A stretch of DNA of 62,342 bases, filler included, from Hausera hauseri (lineage: Eukaryota), in assembly GCA_046269625.1 (NCBI GenBank). It is 11 parts of 11 records of this genome, joined end to end, with 100 filler letters (N's around TTAATTAATTAA, not from the genome) between each part and the next. Parts side by side here need not be neighbours in the genome. Positions count along the whole stretch, not along the records: positions 25,213 to 33,159 come from JBJURY010855411.1; positions 33,260 to 38,252 come from JBJURY010368038.1; positions 38,353 to 43,225 come from JBJURY010408033.1; 8 more parts are not named here. One strand, given 5' to 3'. Each line of letters starts with the position of its first letter. The first letter of the stretch is position 1. Positions 26,807 through 38,529 of the stretch are shown piece by piece. Under the pieces are notes generated by a model that saw only the letters and a list, made by a program, of their open reading frames with translations, made no database searches and was not told the DNA's origin. A program made the position numbers and the translations under genes.

Positions 26807-26959
26807 TGTTGGGCGTTCGCAAAAGGGCATTGTTCCTTCGGGAAGAAATGTAAATATTCCCATAAAGATAAGGTAGAAAAGAATGAAAACAAAATTAGAG
26901 TCTGCAGATATTACAAACAGGGGAACTGCAGAAATGGAGATAAATGTCAGTTCCTGCAC
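26807..26959 (+). other. Two tandem CCCH zinc fingers in BEL gag
   Basis: CWAFAKGHCSFGKKCKYSH and CRYYKQGNCRNGDKCQFLH (C-x7-C-x5-C-x3-H), in the same frame as ORFs 26012 and 27032; missed by the ORF track. Confidence 0.9.
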
Positions 26960-29900
26960 ACAATTCTAACAGGAACAGATTCACAGAAAAGTGAAAGGCA
27001 GCAAATTGGACGGACTAGTAATCAGAGAAATGTGTCAGATAATATTAATCAAGGAAAGCTAAGAGAACCCTCTCTAAGTGGAAATGAAAGAAGCGTAAAT
27101 GAGTCAGACAAGCCCAAGAATGATCAAAACAGAAGTTATATCACAGGAAAACATGATACAGTAGAACAAGACGAAGTGTCGTTGAGAACCATTCCAGTGA
27201 TAGTGAGCAATGGAGAGTATGACGAAAGAATAAATATCCTCTTAGATGATGCTAGTACCGATAGCTATATTAGTACGTCGGTAGTAGAAAGATTGCAGCT
27301 AAAGAGCGTTTCGCAGGAGATCACGGTGGAGGTTTTAGGTGGTGAAAAAAGGCGAAGAAGTGCAGCACGGGTTGAATTTCACCTCTGCAGTTTAAATAGA
27401 AAATTAAGTATGAAGATAGCAGCATTAGCAATCGACAATGTTGTAGGGAAACTAAACGCTAATGACTGGAACATATCAAAAAACAGATGGACTCACTTAA
27501 AAGAAATACCTTTCCCAAAGGTGATAAAGTCGGGAAGGGTCGATGGGTTAATAGGATTAAATTATATTCAACTTCACCAGGCAATCAAAGAGATATCCGG
27601 GAAGGCATGAGAACCTGTGGCTAGATTGATACCACTAGGTTGGACCTGCATTGGTCCAACAATAACAACGAGACCATTACGTAAACGCTCCAATTTTATT
27701 CGATGTTTTTTCTCGGCAGAAGCGGAACTGAAGGATGATTTAGAACGGTTATGGATCCTTGAAGATATGTTAGAAAGGAACCAACCGTGGAAAAAGGAAG
27801 AAGAAAGAATAATAAAGAAATCCAAGGAAGATATGAAATATATTAATAAGAGATATGAAGCTAGTATTCCATGGAAGAGGAATCCGCAGGAATTACCAGA
27901 CAATAACCGAGTTGCTAAACGACGATTATCATTGTTGGGGAATAAATTACAAAAGGATCTAGAATTGAGAGAAGGGTATCAATAGCAAATAGATGAACAC
28001 AAGAGGAAAGGATATATAAAAGATGTCACAGACGAACTGGAAAACAATACGACCGAATGGACTCTACCACATTTTCCGGTTGTGAGGAGGGATGCCGAAA
28101 TGACAAAGATTAGAATCGTGTTCGATGCAGCCTCCAAGTGCATGGGACTTAGTTTGAATGATATGATTCATCAAGGACCAAAATTACAGTTAGATCTAGT
28201 AGATATATTAATCAGGTTCAGAAAATACGACATTGCTATGGTATGTGATATTACAGAAATGTTTCTACAAATTGTGGTGGCACAGGAAGACCGAAGATAC
28301 TTAAGATTTCTCTGGAAAGAAGGAAATATTGAGAAAGTGTACGAGTTTCAAAGATTAGTATTTGGTCTAAATACATCTCCATATCTAGCCCAATTAGTAA
28401 GTCGCATAAGCGCCGAGAGACACATGGAATAAAAGTTGGACAAAAGATTTCGACGGCGTTAGAATACGATAAAGATAAATTGTGCTATTGGAGCGATAGT
28501 ATGGATGTACTCTACTGGGCGAGGCAACATGGAAAACTATATAAGACCTTCGTGGCAAATAGAATTAGCTATATATAAGAACGGTCAAAAGGAAGTCAAT
28601 GGAGGTACATTCCGACTAAAATTAACCCAGCAGACATTTTAACTAGGAGTTTTACAATAATTCAATTAGTTGAGAATCAGTTATGGTGGCAGTGGCCGGA
28701 ATTTTTAGTAAAGACCCAGGAAAACTTGCCTATACAACCAACTATAAAAGATGTATTCGATAAAGAGAAGAGAAAGTTGACGTTGCATACAAGCATTTTT
28801 TCCGAACGAACTAACTTAGAAGAACCAGAGCACGAAAATTCCCGATGAAGTCAACTTATAAATAAAAAGGTCGAAGAATTGAAAAGTAACCAAACAGGAG
28901 GTCGAAGTGATGAAGATGAAAGACGGTTATTCAAAATAGCTAGAGTACTGATATTGAAGGAAAATCAACAGAACGAATTAGCTGAGGAGTTGAAAGCATT
29001 GAATAAAGGAGAAGAACTAAAAGGAAGAAACTTGTTTCAAAAAGCCAACCCAGTAATCACAGAAGATGGACTAATTAGGAGCAATAACCGGCTGGTAACG
29101 AGCGAATTCTTGCTGTGGGAGTTTAAATATCCAGTAATCTTATCAAACAAGAGTAAAATAGCCAGACTCCTCGTGGAACATTACCACATGAAATTAAAAC
29201 ATTGCGGAGGAATAAACCATCAAATAGCGGAGATTTCACAAAAGTATTGGATCCCCAGGTTAAGGAAGTTGGTCAAAGGGTACAACTCGTATTGCAAGAG
29301 ATGCAGAGGATATAACGCTAAAGGGATAAAGGTGCAAATGGCCCCAATTCCAGAGATTCGATTGCAAGAACCGTTAAGAGCCTTCGATAAAGGAGGAATA
29401 GATTACGCCGGTCCCATATTTACGAAACAAGGACGAGGTAGACCTAGAGAAAAAAGATATATCTGCTTATTTAGCTGCCTAATGAGCAGAGGAGTGCACT
29501 TAGAAGTAGCTACAAACTTGGAGACAGACGCCTTTATAAGGGCCTTTCAAAGATTCATGGCCAGGCGAGGAAAACCATCTCTTGTGATAACAGATAACGG
29601 AACCAATTTTGTAGGCGCCAACAAAGAAGTTGTAGAAATACGGGTCGACTCATATCGAATAAAGCAGGAGTTAGAAAAAGGGGAGATCAGATGGATATTT
29701 AATCCGCCTTCAGCACCACATTTTGGAGGAGTATTTGAAGCGATGATAAAAGCTACCAAAAGAGCACTATATAAGGTACTGTCAAATGCAGACGTTAATG
29801 ACGAAGAGTTAAACACGGCATTGATTGAAGTTGAAGCGATTTTGAATTCAAGACCCCTAACTGTATCGTCTGGAGATGGAAAGGATGACGTTCTTTTATC

Positions 29901-30331
29901 ACCCAATCATTTTATAATAGCGGGATACCAAGGGTAGATGGGTGATAGCTTAACCGGGACTACAAAAGCACAGATGAATAGACGGTGGAGATATATACAG
30001 AGTTTAGTAGATCCATATTGGATAAGATGGCAAAATGAATTGCTAACGAAGTGGAGAGATAGGACAAAATGGAATTCTGGTGGCAAAAGCCTAATTGTAG
30101 GGGACGAGGTTTGGCTACTAGATGGAAAAAGTAAAAGAGGGCACTGGCCAGTAAGAAAAATAACAAGAATATTCCCGGGAACGGATGGACAGGTTCGGGT
30201 CGCTGAGTTGAAATTTGGAGCAGAAACGATGATAAAACCCGTGAATAAAATGTGCAGGATCGATCAGAAACAAGAAGATTGGATAGATGGTGATATATTT
30301 AAAGTCCGGATTACTCCAAGGAGGGGAGAAA

Positions 30332-30627
30332 TGTTGAAACCCGACTGACTATTTGGGTAATCCGGAAAGCAGGAGAAAGATAAAGGGGTAGGGGATGCAT
30401 ATAGTGTATATATGTGTATATACGTATATAAATGTATGAGTGTTCATATGTTGGTTGCGTTGTGCATGATGATTGTATTAAAAATTGGATTGTTAAAGGT
30501 TAGATTGTTGAATGAGTGCGCAAAATAAATGTGAGTGTGACATGATCCCTGGCAGGGTTCGGCTGAGGGGGAGAGCAGGAATAACCATGGTTCACCGAGA
30601 GATGAAAGCCGTTAGACGGGCTTTACA
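30332..30627 (+). repeat. Putative 3' LTR of the BEL element
   Basis: Purine tract AAGGAGGGGAGAAA immediately precedes TGTTG; internal AATAAA near 30523; ends TTTACA. The second LTR is not on the contig, so the 3' boundary is inferred. Confidence 0.7.
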
Positions 30628-30653
30628 AAACTATTGTTTTATAATTGCATGAA

Positions 30654-30998
30654 ATGTCAGATTATGATGATATGGATGATGGTGAATTGTCAATAGAATA
30701 TTCATCCGAAGACAATTCCGAACCCGATGTTGATTTAGAAAACCAATATTATCATGCAAAGTCGCTGAAAGAAGGAAATCTTTCTTTAGCAATCGATGAA
30801 TTTAAAAAAGTTCTTCAAATCGAGTCTCAGGGTGAAAGAGGTGAATGGGGATTTAAGGCTCTGAAACAGATAATTAAAATTAACTTCAAACTGAACAATT
30901 CCGACGAAATGATGAAAAATTACGTTCAGCTCTTGACTTATATTCGGTCGGCTGTGACAAGAAATTACTCGGAAAAGTCCATAAATTCCATTCTGGAT
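30654..30998 (+). pseudogene. COPS2: COP9 signalosome subunit 2, intronless N-terminal fragment (~115 aa)
   Basis: [53 protein letters not shown] are near-invariant CSN2 sequences; similarity stops abruptly after SILD. Confidence 0.93.
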
Positions 30999-32030
30999 AA
31001 GAGCAAGAATAATTTATATATTTGGAATCAACGTAACAATTAATATCAGCTGAAAGCAAAGTGACTTGAAGATAGTTTAAAGCACTTTAAAAAGGAAGAT
31101 TGGGAACAGGGTGTCGATGTTTGCAAAGAACTAATCAATGGCTACACGAATTTCGTTGTCGATTTTGTCAAACTGAGTGAAGCTCATCACCATATGTCTG
31201 AGCTTTTGAAAAAGATCATCTTCGAAGACAGATTGGAACCGAATTTCTACATCATTTTTTACTTTGATAAAAGATTTCCCAAGTTTATAACCGATCTTCC
31301 TCATCCGAGCATAATTATTCAAACACAACGGAAGCTCGACGATATTGCTTTAGATTTAAGTGCCCAGTTTAAAGATATTAAAGTGGAACGAAAGTTTCCC
31401 GATTCGGACGAGTTCGAAAATCCCGATTCCAGAAGTTTTTATAACGTTGTTAAACCGTCGAAATTTAAATTACCCGATAAGTATTTTGGGGAAAATGTCA
31501 AACAGAGAATTCTCCGGTATTATGAAACGAATCATATTGCTGAATTTGTATATAAAAAGTTACTTAATCCAACTGAAGAAGACGCTAGGGAAAAAATCAA
31601 TTCAAGGCAATTTTATGATTACCGAAGGTAAATTGCCGAATATTTTGTCCATCACACCAGTCCATGCTATTCATCGAGAAGCTATAGATCCGTTCATAGA
31701 GGCCATGAGTGATTTGGAAAATCAACTTCGAAGAGACGAAATGCTTCTCCAAGATTATAAAATGTCATCAACTGAAAAATGGGAATCGATGAAACAAAAA
31801 AATGAAAGACGGAATAATTAAGTATATATCGCCGGTGTCTGGTGGAGTGTCAAGAATTGTAGAAATGGTACCAAGAAACAACTCATCGCAGTTGGGATAT
31901 GCAGCAGATTTCGTAACACAAGCATTTTCATTGGTCTATCAGATTCTGAATATTTTCAAAATCTACGACTCCAAAAACACGTATTCAGTATTTTTGGAGG
32001 AATTCAATGTAAATATTTTACTAGAACAAT
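30999..32030 (+). pseudogene. DOCK-family GEF DHR-2 domain fragment, intronless, decayed
   Basis: QLK..HFKKEDWEQGVDVCKEL..Y..DF.KLS, RLEPNFY..Y..KRFPKF, RILRYYETN..EFVY, LPNI, and SPVSGGVSR (cf. AVNGG catalytic loop) follow DOCK-A/B DHR-2 order; two stops and two frameshifts. Confidence 0.75.
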
Positions 32031-32244
32031 TTTGTCAAAGCCGCCTAATCAATGTTCCGATTGGAGTAAGACGGCTGAGTGTTACGGTTAAAGTCGACGA
32101 AAATCATTTCACGTTACGACGAATTAGAGCAACACATTTACAAACCCCAGCAGATGAAAATGCAGAACGACTCAGTATTAATTCAGACGATGTCACAATA
32201 ATGAGTACATTACCTCGTGGAGCGTCATCTGATAATACATTAAT

Positions 32245-32480
32245 AGTAGTAGGAATGGAGGACTTGGCCCCAAACCCCCCCCCAGGGAAGGAAAGAAACC
32301 AATAGGAGGAGAACACGTCATCGTGGGGAAGGAAAACTGGCGAATGGGAAGAGGACACGTCATCGGGGGAAATGAAATTGACCAATGGGAGATTGACCAA
32401 TGAGAGAGCATTGGGGCCAAATGGGTTTCACTATTCCCACCCCGGAACAAAGCGGTTTTGAACAAAGCAAGGCATAAGAA
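32245..32480. repeat. Putative Polinton terminal (TIR) region beginning AGTAGTAG
   Basis: Base composition shifts sharply at AGTAGTAG (32245). It contains duplicated ACACGTCATCG and ATTGACCAATG motifs and lies directly beyond the pPolB stop and AATAAA signals. Confidence 0.6.
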
Positions 32481-32496
32481 ATAAAAATTTATTTAT

Positions 32497-33159
32497 TTAC
32501 ATAAGCAATGAATAATATCCATAGGCGACACTGTGGTTTTTATCAACCCAGTGTCGTTTATCGTCAAAGGGATCCAGTGCCTTCTTTTTTGATGTGATGG
32601 TCATGAGCTGGTGGTTCTTACTGCCAATTCGCTCTTGGTCTACCATTGTGCTGCAACCGGATTCATACGCCTGCAAGTAGTTATTGAATTGCAAGTCTGT
32701 TTGCCTGAGGTTGATTCCTTTGCACTTGAGCACTGGTTTGGATTGGGTTTTGAGAGCGTATGATTTTGGGCGTAAGAAAATGGCTTCTTGATACTGGACA
32801 CTGCCCTTGCTCTCATCTTTGAATTTGCCAATGACAGAAGCGAAAGCAGTAGAGTACAGCGGATCACTTTTATCATAGTTAGATGTATCTAACTGTTCAT
32901 TTGCTATCATAGCAGGTAGCAGTTGGGATTGTAAGTCCACACCATGGCATTCAATGAAGAAACTATCAGTGTCACCAGCAACAATATTTAACTGACAATG
33001 AAACTGTTGCCTATAAGACTCCAACTCGATATAATTAAGCTCATACATTCTCAATTTAGATAGATCAAGTACAGCCTGACCAATGTATGAGGGCCTATCT
33101 AATGTGACCATGTCTTTATCGAGGAGAACAGCAACCAGATCATTATCAATAATAATGCT
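32497..33159 (-). mobile_element. pPolB C-terminal part (open frame to the contig edge)
   Basis: DRPSYIGQAVLDLSK, AGDTDSFF, LDTSNY, GKFKDE, LRPKSY, CKG, DDKR; same family as 38530-41439. Confidence 0.93.
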
Positions 33160-33291
33160 NNNNNNNNNNNNNNNNNNNNNNNNNNNNNNNNNNNNNNNNN
33201 NNNTTAATTAATTAANNNNNNNNNNNNNNNNNNNNNNNNNNNNNNNNNNNNNNNNNNNNTGTACATTTTTTGATTTATTTTATTTTTTCTC

Positions 33292-33361
33292 AAATGTATA
33301 CCATAATTTCCGGACAACAAAAATCGCTAAAATGTATACCATATTTCCGGACGGAGGGAGT
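33292..33361. mobile_element. Tc1/mariner-type (Stowaway-like) MITE terminus
   Basis: GGACGGAGGGAGT terminal motif preceded by two AAATGTATACCAT..TTTCCGGAC sub-repeats; only one end is present. Confidence 0.55.
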
Positions 33362-33777
33362 GCACAATTATGATTAAATACGTTTAATCAACTTTTTCAT
33401 TACAATACAAAGCGAAGCAGAAAATACAAGTCCAATGAAAAAATTAATACGTTGCCGTTTTCGTTTCCACTCATCTTTGATACGTTTTACGAAGAGAAAT
33501 CGGACTATTAATTCAATTTACTATTGCCTGCTCATTATCCTCGTTTGTGTCAGCTCACATAGATGCTGAACGTCAAATACATGTGCAGTAATTATTTTAT
33601 GTCAATTTCTGAATTTCACTCTCAACGTACTCTTCCATGCAAGTTTTAATATGTAATATGGCTGATATGTTTATACCTACCTAAAAGAAATAAGTTATTG
33701 CATATCAATTTATTATGCAACTGTATTTAATATTTTTGATTTAAAGTTAACATTTACTTTAATTTGTTTAAATTTAG

Positions 33778-36700
33778 CAATGTTCACAATATCCCATGTA
33801 CTGCATCTCTCGTATACATGAAGTGGATCAGTCTCATCAAGAGATGGCGAAATACTACAAAATTGGCATGGACACGTACGTGTGTCCAACATGTGATGTT
33901 TCAACCCGCTATCCGTACCCCAATTTTTATGAGGTTCACAAGTATCATCTCGGGCCGTTTACTCGGTTTAATAAGATGATGGTTGTGCATTGCCCCACAT
34001 ACCCGAGATACTGTAGTAGTAGTAGAGTGCATGACGTTGATGGTTACCATAGTGTAATGGAGCAGTACTAGGCGCCACAGCGGTGCACGGTAAATAAGCA
34101 CAATTGTTTGTCCCCATTGGTATTCTATAGTAGATGAAATCAACTATGAACAATTTTATAGTCTACATAAATGCAATTTCAACCAGTTTAAGCGGTCGAA
34201 AAAACAACTAGTTATGGACTCAACCAGCAGCATCAGCAGCAGCAGCATCCCCTCAACAACCAGTAGGAAACGTCAGGCCGCAACAAGTCATGACGACTTA
34301 ATCAGAAACAGTATGAAGCAGCATCAGCAACAACAGGAGCAGCAAGAAGAACAACAACAAAAATAGAAGCGACGGGATGCCAATATTCCCAATATTACAA
34401 TTAAGTACTATCTGAACAGATCGTACATGGACATAAAAGCGAACATGTCGGCGGAAAAAACGAAAACAACGCAATTGAGACATTTTCCGCAAAATGTTCG
34501 CAACCGGTTGGAATCAGAAGTGGAGAAATTCCAATATCACCACCAACAATGGAAAGTGCAATATTATGCACTTGCAGAATTTGAAAACGTTGAAGGAGAC
34601 AGGAAACAATGGTACCTGTCACATCGAGCTGTACCATATGCCATGGATTTTATTGCCGACGTAGGCGAAAAAAAGTCGAGTGACATAGTATATTTGTCTG
34701 GACGATCATTCATATTGACATCTACAGCTCTGAAACAGTCTCTGGCGTTAGCGAATGTGAAAAATACTAACGATAAATACTGTTTTCTTTACAGTATCTC
34801 GGCGATATTGAATAGTGACGAAGTGGACAGACATAGCGCTTCTCGTCCAAAACAGTATCAGAAATATTTTTCCGAATTGGATTTCGATGAAAGCTGGATG
34901 CCGATGAAACTGCAAGTCATTCCGGCTTTTGAATGGCGTAATCAGACATTGGTAATCAACGAGTTCCGGTACAACACCATCGTAGAAATACCGCGGATGA
35001 AGAAATTTACAAAAATCCTCATGTGGACATAATCTGTCGTAGTCGGAACCCAAATGACTGCTCAGTAAATTTGTTGATACTGGAACAAAAAGAAAAGTAC
35101 CACTATGTTGCAGTAACAAATCTGGACAGACTGATAAACATTGAACATAACCGTTTCCTCCAAAAACGGATAGTGTAAATGGTGTCCTGTATGTCTTCAG
35201 GGATTCAGGTCGGAAACAACATTGGAGAAACATGTGACTCTGTAGACAAAATTCGTCAGGAATCATAATGTATATCATACCCGTCAAACAGGAACTCAAG
35301 TTCACTGATTGGTCAAAAACATACAGTCCGGCATATGTAATATATGCCGATATCGAAGCTATCTTACCACGGCACAACATATATGACCAAAAACATGTTT
35401 CAATCGCCGTTGGTATGTTAATTGTCCCAATAAAAGCTGCAGGTCAACTTCAATATTATATTTTCCACTGATGGAATTGTGTACGCGATTTTCTGCAGCA
35501 GTTGCAAACCATAGTGGAAACTGAAATCGCACCCTCATATAGTGGAAGTAGCAATAAATCCTTGATGTGGACAGATGAAGATGAACGCCACACGTTTGCA
35601 GTAACAAATGAATGTTACCTGTACCATAAAATATTACCCTTTGACGCACTGGAACGGCTCGTACCGGATCACGATAATTTTGCCGGTCTATATCTCGGAG
35701 CCGCATGTTATTCATGCAATTTGGCAAGGCGTGTGCGATTATTCCTACGGCAGGTGTTTGATAAATTTATGTGTTATGATCGTCACCATATTTTGAAATG
35801 GGCCATAAAGTGGGAACTATGCATAATTTCGACTACGATGGAGAAATACCTGTTACTGTATGCTCGTATAAACCGGTTCCAGGTACGCTTCCTTCACTCA
35901 TTGCAATTTCTCAATGAATCTCTGGCAAAGCTGGCAAATGCCTTGCCAGATGTGCTGATATCACTGACGCAGTTCTCTGCATATATTGCACGCAGCAAAG
36001 GCATATTTCCACATGACTTTGCAACATAATATGAGAGACTCCGGACATCAGAGGAATTATCGCCGCGATGGACAAGTATCACAGAAGATTAATATTGGAG
36101 AGCACAAGAACCTTAGACAGAACTGGGCTGTAGAAACATAATGCATTACATGTTCCAGTATCTTAAACTGGACGCGTACTTATTAGCCGATGTGTTCCAG
36201 GCGTTTTGAGCGAAAGCCTTGGCGGAAGATATGCTAGAGCCACTCAACTTTTATTCCATACCTGGAATGAGTTCGGCATCAGCTCTAATGTCACTGGATA
36301 GAGACATTGAGCTGCTGTAAGACCCGAAAATTTACCAGCTGTTTATGTTGTTATTCGCGGTGGCATGACATTTGTCAATAAGCATCAGGTAAGTGCTACC
36401 GATACCACATTGCTGCTGTATACTGATATCAATAACCTATACGACAGGACGCTTTCGCAACCCTTGCTGTACGGTTCATTCGAACGGGTTGTCGACAGAC
36501 AAGATCTGGACGACATAATTTTCAACCTACCACGAGAAGACACGGTAAGCTCAGTCGCATACCCGATTGAGATCTGTTTCATGGTGAGACGAGCTGCATG
36601 ACGTTTTCGACGATTTACCAGTCGCACCATTTAATCAATGTCCGCTAGGCTCAAAAGTGAAGAAACTGCTCATGACGCATGAACCGAAGCTGAATTACGT

Positions 36701-37419
36701 GGTTCATTGGCGTCTGCTACAGTTCTACATGCAGCTTGGTGTACGTGTCACACAACTGCATCGTGCAATCCGATTTGCCCAAGCTCCAATATTCAATGTG
36801 TACATAGATGGAAATTCGGAGAAACGAGGCGCAGCTTGTACAAAATTTAAAAAGGACTACAAGCTAAAAAACAATTCTCTCTACGGAAAAACGGCGGAGA
36901 ATCTGAAAAGCCACTCAATGTGCGCCTACGTAATATCAAAAAATGGCTGGTCACGTACACGAGTAAGGCACAGTTTTTGAAGTCAATGCAGATTGCCAAT
37001 GTATTGGTTGCGGTGCTGTTAAAAAGAGAAGAAGACGTTTTGGACCGGCCAAGTTACATCGGACAGGTGGTATTGGACTTGAGCAAGTTGCAGATATATG
37101 AGCTACAGTATCGCGATTTGGCACATTACCGGCAAATGTATGACAGCTGTGACATTAGTATAATTGCAGGTGCCACAGACAGTTTTTCCTGCGGCTGAAA
37201 AAAGACAATTGCGAACAGTTACAGCAGCAAATGCAGTTAAATAAATTACTGGACACGTCCAACTATCCACAGGATCATCTTTTGTACAGAAGGTCGATCA
37301 CTAACGAAATCGGCTGCTTCAAAGATAAAAGTGAAGGTCAGGTTCAGTATCGGGAATGGGTATTTCTACGGCCAAAATGCTATAGCCTTTTAATTGACGG
37401 TGGACCGAAAATCATTTAA
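33778..37419 (+). mobile_element. Polinton/Maverick-type pPolB, decayed; close relative of 15135-18770
   Basis: Colinear nucleotide similarity with contig 4; YADIE, DHDNFAGLYLGAAC, KGIFP, YLKLD, INNLY, KLKNNSLYGKT.EN, AGATDS, GCFKD, LRPKCY; truncated at the 3' end. Confidence 0.93.
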
Positions 37420-37535
37420 TTTATTTATATACATTTGTGTATTTAACATAATGTGACGAGAAAAAATATGAAAAACAAAATCAATAAAAATTATTAATCA
37501 TCATAAGCTAAAATCAAGAAACAAAGTAAGTCAAA

Positions 37536-37865
37536 TCAGCGTAAACTTTCCAAACTTCCATATTTTGGTGATTTAACGCCGTGCACATACTTGTACCCTT
37601 TCAACTTCAACGTTAGATGGCCTTTAGCTCCTTCTGGTGGCAAAACTGCTTTTGCTGCTGTTTCTCCGCCATGTGAACTGACAATTTTCGCCATAGTTCC
37701 TTTGAGAAAAATCGACGATGTATCTCGAATATCTTTAGTCAACACTAAATCATTGTCAACTTTTCTAATTGTGTCTTCTACTGTATCCAAATTATCATCG
37801 CTGATCTTTTTCACCAATAGACCATATTTCACCGGTTTGATTTTGACCGTTTGCGCCAATGGCAA
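37536..37865 (-). CDS. Small unknown ORF convergent on pPolB (5' part frameshifted)
   Basis: 109-aa open frame with protein-like composition; family not recognised. Confidence 0.35.
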   Translation of the reverse strand: MPLAQTVKIKPVKYGLLVKKISDDNLDTVEDTIRKVDNDLVLTKDIRDTSSIFLKGTMAKIVSSHGGETAAKAVLPPEGAKGHLTLKLKGYKYVHGVKSPKYGSLESLR

Positions 37866-38529
37866 TTGAATAGCGTCGCGCAGATAATGAAAGTTGTATC
37901 CATTATACTACCGGGAATTTCAGAGCAAATATTCGTGTACCTTGGCTTTTATGAGAAACTGTCACCTGCTGAATTGTTTTCTAAAGACATTGTTTAAATA
38001 AGACAAACGTGGACTGAAATCGTATCTCTATTTATATCAAATGTTTGTCTTCATTGTAAACAAGATATTTACTTTGTGAGTATTGTCTCATATTACAATG
38101 ATACAAATTACTTCCATGTTATTGAAGTCATTTGTAATAGATGTGTACAATTTCGATTATAGTCAAACATTATTCTTATAATCTATCCGTATTTATGGTT
38201 TTTGAATTATCCAACTGACTAATGCTGCTAAACATGACATGAACATTATTTANNNNNNNNNNNNNNNNNNNNNNNNNNNNNNNNNNNNNNNNNNNNTTAA
38301 TTAATTAANNNNNNNNNNNNNNNNNNNNNNNNNNNNNNNNNNNNNNNNNNNNTCACATAAACAAAAACGCTAAAGAAACAAAAACTGGAAAAGACTATAA
38401 TACAAGTATACAGAATTGCTAGAGTTACAGCTACACGTAAAATTTCTAAAAGTGTAGTCACATGGTGGAAAAAGTCCCCTCACAAGTGCGCTAACCCCTC
38501 CAGTGCGACCACGCCTTAAAGTCCATTAC

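Larger units (their letters stand above)
25213..30627 (+). mobile_element. BEL/Pao LTR retrotransposon, decayed, with internal RT/RNase H deletion
   Basis: BEL gag (LSRIELPKFS..AVEK..LSGEAK), protease LLDDASTDSY, RT KIRIVFDAA/GPKLQ/DITEMFLQI/FGLNTSP, an abrupt jump to late RNase H (WSDS, FVANRI, NPAD.LTR) at ~28430, integrase (DYAGP, TDNGTNFVG, PHFGG.FE), C-terminal domain (RGHW..PG.DG.VR), then PPT and 3' LTR. Confidence 0.96.
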
